Shown here piece by piece: positions 39,320-53,820 of a stretch of DNA of 64,000 bases; position 1 is the first letter of the stretch; every line of letters starts with the position of its first letter. The position numbers and the translations under genes were made by a program. Under the pieces are notes generated by a model. It searched no databases. It was given only the letters and a program-made list of their open reading frames with translations, and was not told the origin of the DNA. Where the stretch lies: contig OZ024763.1 of assembly GCA_964016885.1 (NCBI GenBank), positions 14,322,001-14,386,000 on the forward strand, read 5' to 3'. The DNA is from Eledone cirrhosa. Taxonomy: Eukaryota.

Positions 39320-39830
39320 TGATGAAAGGCAAAGTTAACCTCGGCGGGATTTGAACTCAGACTGTAAAGGGACGTAACTCTATGCTGCAAAGCATGGCGT
39401 CCGACCCTCTACCGATACTGCCAATCCACTGCCAATACAAATAATTGTTTCTACGTTAGGCACAAGGCCAGCAATTACCCAGTGTATTACTGGTACTTTA
39501 TGTTATCGACCCTCGTAAGGATGAAAGGCAAAGTCAACCTCGGCGGGATTTGAACTCAGACCGTAAAGGGACGTAACTCTTTGCTGGAAAGCATGGCGTC
39601 CGACCCTCTACCGATAATGGTTTCTTATATAGGCACAAGGCCAGTAATTTGGGGGGAGGGGAAAGTCGATTAAATCGACCCCAGTGCGTGACTGGTACTT
39701 TATTTTATCGACCCCGTAAGGATGAAAGGCAAAGTCAACCTCGGCGGGATTTGAGCTCAGATCGTAAAGAGCCGTAACTCTATGCTGCAAAGCATGGCCT
39801 CCGACCCTCTACCAATACTGCCAATACAAA
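39320..39830 (-). mobile_element. Three tandem SINE A copies
   Basis: Repeated gatgaaaggcaaag...ccgaccctctaccgata. Confidence 0.85.
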
Positions 39831-39858
39831 TAATGTTAGGGATTTTATGAGTACTTAC

Positions 39859-39981
39859 GTCGGAGTCTAGAGTCGTCGCTTGGGATTTACTTTCCGGTTC
39901 CGGCAACTTCTTTTCGTCCTCCGTCTTACTGTCAACCATTTTCTGATCTGTTTTAGTCTCCACTTGAGTCTCCGACTGTTC
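39859..39981 (-). CDS. Candidate internal coding exon (41 codons, phase 0/0), charged low-complexity peptide; host gene unidentified
   Basis: ttcag|GAACAG...TCCGAC|gtaagt; 123 nt open: [41 protein letters not shown]; unique-looking sequence amid repeats. Confidence 0.7.
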
Positions 39982-40308
39982 CTGAATATATGTATGTATG
40001 TATATATGTATATATATATATATTTGTATATGCGTGTGTATATGTACGTGTATGTGTGTGTATGTATGTGTGTATGCATATATATATATATATATATGTG
40101 CGTGTGTATATGTACGTGTGTGTGTGTGTATGTATATATATATGCGTGTGTATATGTACGTGTGTGTGTGTGTATGCATATATATATATATATATGTGCG
40201 TGTGTATATGTACGTGTGTGTGTGTGTGTATGTATGTGTGTATGCATATATATATATATGCGTGTGTATATGTACGTGTGTGTGTGTATGTATGTATGTA
40301 TGTGTGTA

Positions 40309-40346
<38 letters not shown>

Positions 40347-40380
40347 TGTGTATATGTACGTGTGTGTGTGTGTATATATG

Positions 40381-40426
<46 letters not shown>

Positions 40427-40587
40427 TGTGTATATATGTATGTATATATATATATATATATATTTGTATATGCGTGTATATATGTACGTGTGTGTGTGTG
40501 TGTATATATGTATGTATATATATATATATATTTGTATATGCGTGTATATATGTACGTGTGTGTGTGTGTATGTATGTGTGTATGCAT

Positions 40588-40625
<38 letters not shown>

Positions 40626-40629
40626 GCAT

Positions 40630-40672
<43 letters not shown>

Positions 40673-40838
40673 TGTGTATATGTACGTGTGTGTGTGTATA
40701 TATATGTATGTATATGCGTGTGTATATGTACGTGTGTGTGTGTATGTATGTATGTGTGTATGCATATATATATATATATATGCGTGTGTATATGTGCGTG
40801 TCTGTGTGTGTGTGTATGTGTGTGTATCTATATATATA

Positions 40839-40873
<35 letters not shown>

Positions 40874-41216
40874 GTATGTACACGTACATACATATATGTA
40901 TACAGACGTACAGTAGTATGTATATATATATATATATACATACATGCACACATATATATATGTACGTATGGATTCACCGAACATTTATTATAATGCTTGG
41001 TGTATTTGTAAGCAAACATCCCGTATTAAGCCGTAGTGTCAAGCAACCATCGTTGCTCGTTTGTTCAACACTGACAAAGGAACGCTGTACTAGTTTCAAG
41101 CTTATTAGCTCCCGGCCGATTAACCCACTCGATATGCAAATTGGGCTACTCAGCCGTTAATATGCATAAGGAAAGTATATGCTTTCAGACGTTCAACAAT
41201 CTGGCAGGAAGGTATA

Positions 41217-41257
41217 CGTTGCTGACGTTAGCTAATAAGCTTGAAACTAGTACAGCA
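41217..41257 (+). ncRNA. Hammerhead variant (family B, core CUGACGU)
   Basis: cguug CUGACGU u-agcu-aaua-agcu-u GAA ACUAGU A cagca; inverted partial copy at 41042-41110. Confidence 0.6.
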
Positions 41258-41430
41258 TTCCTTTGTCAGTGTTGAACAAACGAGCAACGATGGTTGCTAG
41301 ATATATGTTTCATTTATTACTATTATTATTATTATAATAATACTCCGGATAAATATATACTGTAGAGTGCTTGACTTCATATATACAACAGTCAGTTGAT
41401 TACAAATCAACTCTTTTTTTCATTGATTAA

Positions 41431-41468
<38 letters not shown>

Positions 41469-41477
41469 TATATATAT

Positions 41478-41715
41478 AAATATATTACACAAATAGAAGT
41501 GTGTTACACAGTGAGATGTGTGTAAAGAATTATTACAAGTGAGTTTTACCGTTACTGTATAGAGAACAATATCTACAGGTTTAGCAATTAAATAGAAAAA
41601 AACTAAGTCAGAATCAAATCTCTGAAGTAGAGTTTTAAATTACCAACCTTATAACTATAATAATTCTTTACACACATCTCACTGTGTAACACACTTCTCT
41701 TTGTGTAATATATTT
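41478..41715. repeat. Inverted repeat (~57-bp arms)
   Basis: aatatattacacaaatagaagtgtgttacacagtgag... / ...ctcactgtgtaacacacttctctttgtgtaatatatt. Confidence 0.85.
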
Positions 41716-41957
41716 GCATTTGAGCTCAGAAGGAAATTCTCTATTCTTCTTTGAGCTAATACTATTATTATTATTACAGTGAACTGCGGAATACTCTTAA
41801 TTCCGATCTTTGTATATATATATATATATATACGTTTAAATAGCTTGACTAATTGAAAATTGCGGTAGACAAAACCCAACCATACAATACCAGAACAACA
41901 AAAGAACTAATTAGGTTATATATATATATAAATATATATATATATAAATATATATGT

Positions 41958-41990
<33 letters not shown>

Positions 41991-42021
41991 GTATAAAATA
42001 TATATATATAAATATATATAT

Positions 42022-42833
42022 ATAGTATTAAAAAAAAACGAAAAATCAGTGATGCATCTGGACTCAGTTTATTGCGTGTTACAATTGTTTCGCCGGCAGG
42101 TAGCTCGAGACATGATCACTGTATGGATCTGGCTGATTCCACGGCTGCAGGTTCCTTCGGACACAGGCAATTCTTTCGGAGCAAATTTTCTCACTGGGGT
42201 GTTATCATCAAAAAACATCTTCCACTCTTGTCATGCCATTGGCTGTTGTTTTTCTACGTCATCATAAATTCTGGTCACTATTTACTGCTACACTGGTCAT
42301 CAGCCATTTTCCATCCGACACACTGCAATTGAGCCATGCTGGGTTTGGTATCTCACACGTCTGTTCACACTCCTGAGTATGTACCCACATATACACACAC
42401 ACACAAATACATACACACACGCAGGCACACACACATGCATGCATACACATATCATGTGTGTCTACACATCTCACACGTCTGTTCACAGTGTGAACAGACG
42501 TGTGAGATACCAAACCCAGCATGGCTCAATTGCAGTGTGTTGGACGGAAAATGGCTGATGACCAGTGTAGCAGTAAATAGTGACCAGAATTTATGATGAC
42601 GTAGAAAAACAACAGCCAATGGCATGACAAGAGTGGAAGATGTTTTTTGATGATAACACCCCAGTGAGAAAATTTGCTCCGAAAGAATTGCCTGTGTCCG
42701 AAGGAACCTGCAGCCGTAGAATCAGCCAGATCCATACAGTGATCATGTCTCGAGCTACCTGCCGGCGAAACAATTGTAACACGCAATAAACTGAGCCCAG
42801 ATGCATCACTGATTTTTCGTTTTTTTATACTAT
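42022..42833. repeat. Inverted repeat with ~350-bp arms, each carrying a degenerate HHR
   Basis: Arms 42022-42371/42487-42833; ugugu CCGAAGG...GAA ACAAUUGU A acacg then aauaaa at 42693-42790(+), mirrored at 42075-42165(-). Confidence 0.88.
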
Positions 42834-42924
42834 TCACACTCTGCTCTGTAAGAATATTGAGTGGTAATTTTGGCATACCGCCTATGGAAGCACCATAGCT
42901 ACCATTATACACACGTGTATATAT

Positions 42925-43042
<118 letters not shown>

Positions 43043-43044
43043 TT

Positions 43045-43117
<73 letters not shown>

Positions 43118-43384
43118 ATATATATTTATATAAATGAGAGGTATAGAGATTGTTTTAGCAAGAAGCTAACGGCATTCTATAACATATATGCGACTATAAC
43201 GTCAAGATGGGAAAAGTAGTTAACGAAAGATTTAGGAAAAATAACTCAAACTCATCTCAAAAGAGAATCAGGATATAAATTCATCCACAGAATTTAGAAA
43301 AATCCAGGGAAAATCTATAGACCTTTAACTCATGATAAAATAAAGTTTGAAACACTTATCCTTCAATTTGGAATAACATCAAAT

Positions 43385-43465
43385 GCTCTGTATAGTCTTA
43401 AAAGACTATTTCATGAAGACTTTCAGTGAAGATGGTCACGGTTGGATTTCATTCATCAGCAAAGC
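43385..43465 (-). ncRNA. Complete monomeric type I hammerhead ribozyme
   Basis: Minus strand: gcuuug CUGAUGA augaa..uucau GAA AUAGUCU-uuua-AGACUAU A cagagc; 6/5/7-bp stems. Confidence 0.88.
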
Positions 43466-43569
43466 TCAACAGAAACCAGGGCTCTCACAGTAATATAATC
43501 CGAAAAAGGGAGTTCTAAAACTGGCTAGTTCGCCTTCATGTGTATTTATGAAAAAGCACATGAGGAATA

Positions 43570-45354
<1,785 letters not shown>

Positions 45355-45574
45355 CAGTGTGGCCCCACCATTTGCAGTCCCGGTTATAACCTAACTAAAA
45401 ATTGTTCGTTGCAATATATATATTTTTCACGGAATTTGTGACAAAAGAGTTTTGACAATCAACAACTAAACACATATCCTGTTAATAAACCAATCAACTG
45501 GGAGTACATAATAGATTGAAGTGAAACTCAACAGTTGTGTGTTTTTTTTTTATTGGTAGCATGACACTCCCAAG

Positions 45575-46722
45575 GTATAACATTTGTATACCATTTGTAT
45601 ACCATTTGTATACCATTTGTATAACATTTGTATAACATTTGTATAATATTTGTATAAAATTTGTATAACATTTGTATAATATTTGTATAACATTTGTATA
45701 CCATTTGTATACCATTTGTATAACATTTGTATAACATTTGTATACCATTTGTATACCATTTGTATAACATTTGTATAACATTTGTATAACATTTGTATAC
45801 CATTTGTATAACATTTGTATAACATTTGTATACCATTTGTATACCATTTGTATAACATTTGTATAACATTTGTATAATATTTGTATAACATTTGTATAAT
45901 ATTTGTATAACATTTGTATACCATTTGTATACTATTTGTATACCATTTGTATAACATTTGTATACCATTTGTATACTATTTGTATACCATTTGTATAATA
46001 TTTGTATAACATTTGTATAACATTTGTATACCATTTGTATACTATTTGTATACCATTTGTATAACATTTGTATAACATTTGTATACTATTTGTATACCAT
46101 TTGTATAATATTTGTATAACATTTGTATACCATTTGTATAACATTTGTATAACATTTGTATAACATTTGTATACCATTTGTATACCATTTGTATAACATT
46201 TGTATAATATTTGTATACCATTTGTATAATATTTGTATAACATTTGTATACCATTTGTATAACATTTGTATACCATTTGTATAACATTTGTATAACATTT
46301 GTATAACATTTGTATACCATTTGTATAACATTTGTATAACATTTGTATACCATTTGTATACCATTTGTATAACATTTGTATACCATTTGTATACCATTTG
46401 TATAACATTTGTATACCATTTGTATACCATTTGTATAACATTTGTATAACATTTGTATAACATTTGTATAATATTTGTATACCATTTGTATAACATTTGT
46501 ATAACATTTGTATACCATTTGTATAACATTTGTATACCATTTGTATAACATTTGTATACCATTTGTATACCATTTGTATAACATTTGTATACCATTTGTA
46601 TACCATTTGTATAACATTTGTATACCATTTGTATACCATTTGTATACCATTTGTATACTATTTGTATACCATTTGTATAATATTTGTATACCATTTGTAT
46701 AACATTTGTATACCATTTGTTT
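45575..46722. repeat. 11-bp satellite x~100
   Basis: atttgtata(a/c)(c/t) units. Confidence 0.95.
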
Positions 46723-47101
46723 CAACACATGTTTTCAGATAAAAAAAATCTTGCAAAACAACAAATTCATCATCATCATCATCATCATCGTTTAACGTCC
46801 ATCTTCCACGCTAGCATGGGTTGGAAGGGTTTGTCCCACTTGAGGCGAGATTGGTCAGGAGAGCATGTCTTGCACATACAGAACTGTCCCTGGCAGGTTT
46901 TCTATGGCTGGATACCTTTCCTAACACCAACATACATATATTTTTATATAATTATACATAACACATATTTATATATATACATTTATTCATATATGTGTAC
47001 ATATATATATATATTCATCATCATCATCATCATCATTTAAGTCGAGTTAGGTGATGATGACTTGCTCATATAGCCGTATTAATTCAACATAATTGTTTCT
47101 T

Positions 47102-47152
47102 GCATGATACATATTTCTGTCACATGGTTATTCATATGACTTCATCAGATGC
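47102..47152 (-). ncRNA. Type I hammerhead ribozyme
   Basis: Minus strand: gcau CUGAUGA a-gucauaug-aauaac-caugugac-a GAA AUAUGUAU C augc; 8-bp stem II. Confidence 0.82.
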
Positions 47153-47286
47153 TTACGCAATCATAAGTGCAGTTATGCAATCATTGTGATATGCCATTGG
47201 CCATACACATCTACCCTGTAGTGATAAACAACACTCTTCTGCTATATATATATATATATATATATATACATACATACATATAGAGA

Positions 47287-47668
47287 GAGAGACCCCTAGT
47301 CTTCATTAAAACATCTCTCTAGGAGAAGGTCACTCTGATATAAAACCTGTGACATCTGAGGAGTGAGAGACCCCTAGTCTTCATTAAGACATCTCTCTAG
47401 GAGAAGGTCACTCTGATATAAAACCTGTGACATCTGAGGAGTGAGAGACCCCTAGTCTTCATTAAGACATCTCTCTAGGAGAAGGTCACTCTGATATAAA
47501 ACCTGTGACATCTGAGGAGTGAGAGACTCCTAGTCTTCATTAAGACATCTCTCTAGTAGAGGGTCACTCTGATATAAAACCTGTGACATCTGAGGAGTGA
47601 GAGACCCCTAGTCTTCATTAAGACATCTCTCTAGGAGAAGGTCACTCTGATATAAAACCTGTGACATC
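47287..47668. repeat. 78-bp tandem repeat x~5
   Basis: gacccctagtcttcattaagacatctctctaggagaaggtcactctgatataaaacc...; similar to the RTE-like segment at ~20268-20295. Confidence 0.92.
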
Positions 47669-47924
47669 GTTTGCATCCAATGGTGTAGACCAGTTCTTCT
47701 TTTTCGGCAAATGCATTTGATGTTGAGAGTGGGGGATTGGCCCCGTGCAAAGTCTTTCCTCACTTAAAAAAGCTTCAAACACAGGCATCGCTTAAGATGA
47801 CATTTTTTGTGATGCGTGATATTGTTGGCCACAGGAAAGTCCTTAGTAGGACTAAAAAAACCACATCTGTGATGCTCTTGCTTAAGTATCAAGCGATGGC
47901 ATTACTCGAAATCAATTTGCAGCC

Positions 47925-47969
<45 letters not shown>

Positions 47970-48850
47970 CTCTCTATGTGGTGGCTGCCAACTCGTTTTC
48001 GAGTACGGCCACCACTTTATATCCATGTAGGAGAACCCCTCCTGATGCGCTGAACGAGTGTGACTTTTTAGTCCAGCCAGCGACTTGAAAACTCTGGTAC
48101 AAACACTACACCTGTGACAATTATTGACACATAGTGCTGGGCTCATGGTACCATGTGATGACAAGTGCAGAGAGATCTCCAGATATAAAGCAATGCCTGT
48201 GCCGTGAAGCTTTTATAGTGAGCAAAGGCACTGCACAAAGCCAGTCCCACTCTCTTAACCAAGATGATATTTACCAAAAAGAAGAACAAGTCAACATCAT
48301 TGGATACCATCAGGGTTGCAGGTGTTATATCAGAGTTTTCCTTCTCCTAGAATTCTGCCTTGACAAAGGCTAAGGGGTCATCTCTCCTGGTGATTTTGGA
48401 TGGCTATTGACTCTTAAGAGCCCCTTTGCCTTTTGATTGTGGCACCAGCGCTACTACAGTGTGGACAAGGTGCTTTTCTTCATGGCACTAGCACTACCAT
48501 GTATGTTACAGTGTGGACAATGTGCTATTGTTTGTGGCACCAACACTACCATGTTACAGTGTCAACACACAAAAATATATATACACAAAAATGTATATAT
48601 ATATATAGCTCTCTCTCTATATATATACATTCACATGCACACGCACGCAATATTAGAAATTCTAAGTTCTAAGCAACTTCTACTAAAGAAGTTCACATTA
48701 CTTTATATGGGGAGTGTTTGAACAATGACAGAAAACAAACTACTTTCTTCAAATAACAATACACAACTCTCATATTTGAATGAAACCAATGAAACTTCCA
48801 CAAAAACAAACAACAATTTTCAAAGGAACCGTAGATTTCTTACGTACGAA

Positions 48851-48916
<66 letters not shown>

Positions 48917-49282
48917 AAATATATTTATAAACAAAGGAAATATATTAAGGAAGTGTCGAGCAGAGTTTGAAAGTTGAAATTGAAATAGACTATTTTATTT
49001 AATCAAAAGTTGACACAGACACCCTCCTATTTCAATACACACACACACACACATGCTTACGCACGTATTCAAGTATAGCTCTTTTTACAAAACGTTTTTT
49101 TTTCCATTTCAGGTAGACGCGCTCCATCATCCACTTTTCTAAAAAACAAATCATACACAAAACGCCAGCACCAAGAGTTTTGCAAGAGATGTCAACATGA
49201 TTGGACCTGTTATTTTTATCTAAAGACACTTTTTCCAATTCCAACCCACCCGTCCTCTCAATCTATCTTATTTCTTATTCTT

Positions 49283-49318
49283 TCTTCTGATGAAGGACTA
49301 GCGTCCGAAACGTTAAGA
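49283..49318 (+). ncRNA. Minimal PLE-type hammerhead ribozyme
   Basis: ucuu CUGAUGA a-ggac-uagc-gucc GAA ACGU U aaga. Confidence 0.85.
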
Positions 49319-49419
49319 CCCTCTTCCTCCTATATCAAGATATCAAGTGCTAACCTAATATATCCCTTCCATATACTGTACTGATTGTGTTGTTATTTCT
49401 GTTTACCTTTTACATACAT

Positions 49420-49468
<49 letters not shown>

Positions 49469-49469
49469 T

Positions 49470-49635
49470 AACAAAGGAAATGTGGTAAGGAACCAGGTGG
49501 ACCATAACGCACCAAAGTACTCAATACTTGGGGTAGTAGAGTGGGTAATAGGAACGAGTAGGACCCCGACGGCTAATTCTGGACAGAATTAGCCGTCGAA
49601 ATGGCTTGAGCTCAGCCGTCGGGGTCCTACTCGTT

Positions 49636-49639
<4 letters not shown>
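49470..49639. mobile_element. Family X palindromic copy (left arm partly deleted)
   Basis: Family match; (TA)n on both sides. Confidence 0.8.
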
Positions 49640-49710
<71 letters not shown>

Positions 49711-50117
49711 AATGTAACGTCCAGTTATTGTAGGTTCACTGGAGCGAACACACGATGCGTAGTTTCCAGTAAGTATAGAGGTGTAAAACTAAGCAGAGTG
49801 TAATTATTATAATATTAATAATAAAAAGGACGATTTGTTATGTCTTCAATTATGTTTGTTGAGTAGTGACACGTGTTTCACTATTGATCAGTTCAAGGTT
49901 CGGTTTGTATCGATCTAGCCCAACTCTGGAATCAAAAGCTCATTGCACTTCTGCTTTGGTAATGACAAAATATATACGTACATATATATATATCTATTTA
50001 ATTCTCTTTAACTCACTACACTCCACGACATGATGTCTGCTATCAAAACTGACCAAAGAATCCTTCCACCTCTACCCCTACCTCCACCTCAGTTTGTCAT
50101 TCTACATTCATCATCAT

Positions 50118-50172
<55 letters not shown>

Positions 50173-50534
50173 TTTAGTACAGCATAGACGAAGCTCTAGT
50201 TTATGGCCAAGCTATCGTGTATGCTTATACGGTTTGTAGCTTTAACACTCAGATGAGGTAAGACCCCAGAGTAATAACATTATGTTCAAACAGCTTAGCA
50301 AATCAGATATAGCAGTCATATATATATATCTATATCTATATATATATATATATAAATATGAGCAAGACAAAGTCAGCCGACCGGACACTGCCCACAATAG
50401 TACAACCCGTCCAACCCATGCTAACGTGGAAGAACGGATGTAAAATGGTGATGATGATGATGATGATATATAATACACACACTTCGCTTTGAATTTGTTT
50501 TGCAAGATTTCTTACACTGTCTTGTTTTTGTGTG

Positions 50535-51190
50535 TTGACACTGTAACATGGTAGTGTTGGTGCCACAAACAATAGCACCTTCTCCACACTGTAACATGGT
50601 AGTGCTAGTGCCACGAAGAAAAGCACCTTGTCCACACTGTAGTAGCACTGGTGCCACAATAAAATGTTCCACTGTAAAGTAGTAGCGCTGGTGTCACAAT
50701 AAAATGTTCCACTGTAAAGTAGTAGCGCTGGTGTCACAATAAAATGTTCCACTGTAAAGTAGTAGCGCTGGTGTCACAATAAAATGTTTCACTGTAAAGT
50801 AGTAGCGCTGGTGCCACAATAAAATGTTCCACTGTAAAGTAGTAGCACTGGTGTCACAATAAAATGTTCCACTGTAAAGTAGTAGCGCTGGTGCCACAAT
50901 AAAATGTTCCACTGTAAAGTAGTAGCGCTGGTGCCACAATAAAATGTTCCACTGTAAAGTAGTAGCGCTGGTGTCACAATAAAATGTTCCACTGTAAAGT
51001 AGTAGCGCTGGTGTCACAATAAAATGTTCCACTGTAAAGTAGTAGCGCTGGTGTCACAATAAAATGTTCCACTGTAAAGTAGTAGCACTGGTGTCACAAT
51101 AAAATGTTCCACTGTAAAGTAGTAGTGCTGGTGCCACAATAAAATGTTCCACTGTAAAGTGGTGGGCATTAGGAGAGTGTCCGGTTGTAG
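50535..51190 (+). repeat. 40-bp SINE-internal unit amplified x~13
   Basis: cactgtaaagtagtagcgctggtg(t/c)cacaataaaatgttc, ending in a SINE-like gtggtgggcattagga; related units at 58400-59060. Confidence 0.9.
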
Positions 51191-51300
51191 TAACCAAAGC
51201 CAAAATAGAGATCCGTAGGAGCAAGACATTATCTCCAGACTAAACTAGCCTTAAAATGCGGAAAACAAATGTTAAATGGTAATGAATGATACTGCTTTGC

Positions 51301-51588
51301 TGATGATGATTGTCTTTTGTAATAATTCAGTCACAAGTCTGTTTATTTCTGGATATTATAATTTTATATATTTATCTCCGTCACAAGACAACTGTAAATA
51401 TTCCTGTCCATTCTTTGTTGTGATATTGTCTCACATAAATCTTACCACCAGAGCAGTTCTCTAACTATTGCACAAACGGGCATTACACGTGCAAATCCCA
51501 CCCACCCTAGTGTACAAAATTGCATACCACCAAGTGGCTGATTAGGTAAGGACGCAGTTGTCTATTTATCTGAATACATTTTCTGCTG

Positions 51589-51629
<41 letters not shown>

Positions 51630-52399
51630 TTAATATAGATGAGATTCTACAGGACTAGAACTGTTTCATTCTTTAGAAATCATCAGGAATCTGGGTATCA
51701 AAAATTAAGTATGGTATTTATAGGTCTCTTCAAGTGGTAGGAGAGGGTGAGGAGTGGGATGGTGTAGGTCATTGGTTGATAGAAAAGGGAATTCATTAAA
51801 AGCTAATTCTTCAAAACTATAGTTTATTTTTAGAGTAACAAAGGCAGAAAGAATTCTATAAACAAGTTACTCTAAAAATAAACAATAGCTTTGAAGAATT
51901 AGCTTTTAATGAATTCCCTTTTCTATCAACCAATGACCTACACCATCCCACTCCCCACCCTCTCCTACCACTTGAAGAGATCTATAAATACCATACTTAT
52001 TTTTTGATACCCAGATTCCTGATGATTTCTAAAGAATGAAACAGTTCTAGTCCTGTAGAATCTCATCTATATTAAAACTCTATATATATATATATATATA
52101 TATATAATCAGCAGAAAATGTATACAGATAAATAGACAACTGCGTCCTTACCTAATCAGCCACTTGGTGGTATGCAATTTTGTACACTAGGGTGGGTGGG
52201 ATTTGCACGTGTAATGCCCGTTTGTGCAATAGTTAGAGAACTGCTCTGGTGGTAAGATGTATGTGAGACAATATCACAACAAAGAATGGACAGGAATATT
52301 TACAGTTGTCTTTGATGGAGATAAATATATAAAATTATAATATCCAGAAATAAACAGACTTGTGACTGAATTAATACAAAAGACAATCAACATCATCAA
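51301..52399. repeat. 1.1-kb inverted repeat (~540-bp arms, 26-bp spacer)
   Basis: Arms 51301-51839/51866-52399 with few mismatches; each contains a (TA)n tract and a family D HHR motif (51653-51691 -, 52014-52052 +). Confidence 0.92.
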
Positions 52400-52466
52400 C
52401 CCTGGCACAACTTGAGATTCTACATATTATATATATATATATATATCTAAAGTCTGTCTTAAGCCA

Positions 52467-52703
52467 GAAGGCTCATTTGGCCAAGTGGTAAGGGTGTTGG
52501 ATTTATGATCATAATGTCGTGGGTTCGATTCCTGGGTTGCGTGCTGTTTTCTTGAGCAAAACACTTCATTTCACATTGCTCCAGTACACTCAGTTGAAAA
52601 TGAGTACCAGCAATAGCTGTGGGGTTTAACCCTGCGATGGACTGGTGTCCTGTCCACTCAGTCACTTCACGCCATGAAACCGGGATAAGCACTGGCTTAA
52701 GAC

Positions 52704-52710
<7 letters not shown>
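52467..52710 (+). mobile_element. tRNA-derived SINE preceded by an inverted copy of its own tail
   Basis: A-box tggccaagtgg, B-box ggttcgattcc; aaagtctgtcttaagccag ... ctggcttaagacagacttt. Confidence 0.8.
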
Positions 52711-52736
<26 letters not shown>

Positions 52737-52785
52737 CAAGTAAGTATGTTTTGAAACAGTGAGCAGGTTTGAAATTAGAAAATAG

Positions 52786-52944
52786 AATAGCTTTCACCGT
52801 ACTTTTCAACTAAAGAAATTTTAGTCTGATAATGGGGTTTAGAACCGTCAGGTAAATGGGAAAAGATGAGTATTGACGTACATGTACGGTTCTAAACCCC
52901 ATTATCAGACTAAAATTTCTTTAGTTGAAAAGTACGGTGAAAGC

Positions 52945-52948
<4 letters not shown>
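52786..52948. repeat. Inverted repeat (63-bp arms, 37-bp spacer)
   Basis: Arms 52786-52848/52886-52948. Confidence 0.9.
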
Positions 52949-52980
<32 letters not shown>

Positions 52981-53484
52981 TCATCGTCATCATTTTATGT
53001 CCGCTTTTCCCTTCTTGCAAGGGTGGGACGGGTCCTATTCAGAACAGCATCTATCCACCTGTCACGGTCCTTCATCGTTATCTCTATGCGCTTCAGTGGT
53101 CTGAGGTCTGCTCTCACCACCTCTGCCCATGATTTTTCTTGGACTTCCTCTACTTCGTCTTCTTTCTACTGGGATTTATTGGCACTTCTTTACCCAGTGG
53201 TCATCCTCCATGTGTAAAGTCTAAAGTCTAAAGTCTGTCTTAAGCCAGAAGGCTCATTTGGCCCAGTGGTAAGGGTGTTGACTACAACAGGAATCAAACC
53301 CCTGACATTATGATTGTAAGTCCAACACCCTTACCACTCGGCCAAATGAGCCTTCTGGCTTAAGACAGACTTTAGACTTTATATATCACCACCGTTTTTA
53401 CGTCCGTTCTTCCACGCTAGCATGGGTTAGACGGGTTGTCCTGTTGTGGGCAGTGTCCAGTCGGCTGACCTTGTCTTGCTCATA

Positions 53485-53820
53485 CGGGAACTGATTCTGG
53501 CTTGATTTCTACAGCTGGATGCCCTTCCTAACACCAACCTCATTTACAGTGAGTGCTGGGTGCTTTTTTTCCATGGTGCCTACACGTCCACTTTACAGTG
53601 TGGGCTGGGTGCTTTTTTTGCCGTGGCACCTCCACGACCACTTTACAGTGGAATGATAGGGACCCCAGTCCCTATCATCTCATTTCTACAGCTGAGTAAA
53701 CTGGAGCAATTTGAAATAAAGTGTCTTGCTCAAGGAAACAACACATCACCCGGTCTGAGAATTGAACTCACAACCTTTCGATTGCAAGGCCAATGCTCTA
53801 ACCCCTAAGCCATGCGTCTT
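53485..53820 (-). mobile_element. SINE family R copy
   Basis: Match to 11977-12295. Confidence 0.85.

Noticed and set aside
39315-39345. ctgatgaaagg as a hammerhead core
   Set aside because: Chance junction with the SINE A sequence gatgaaaggcaaag
52470-52540. tRNA gene candidates (also 12225-12295, 63280-63350)
   Set aside because: A/B boxes are SINE heads continuing into SINE bodies; no complete cloverleaf
52820-52948. CUGAUAA or UUGAAAA...GAAAGCUA as variant HHRs
   Set aside because: C3-A8 mismatch in one and no stem II in the other; kept only as an inverted repeat
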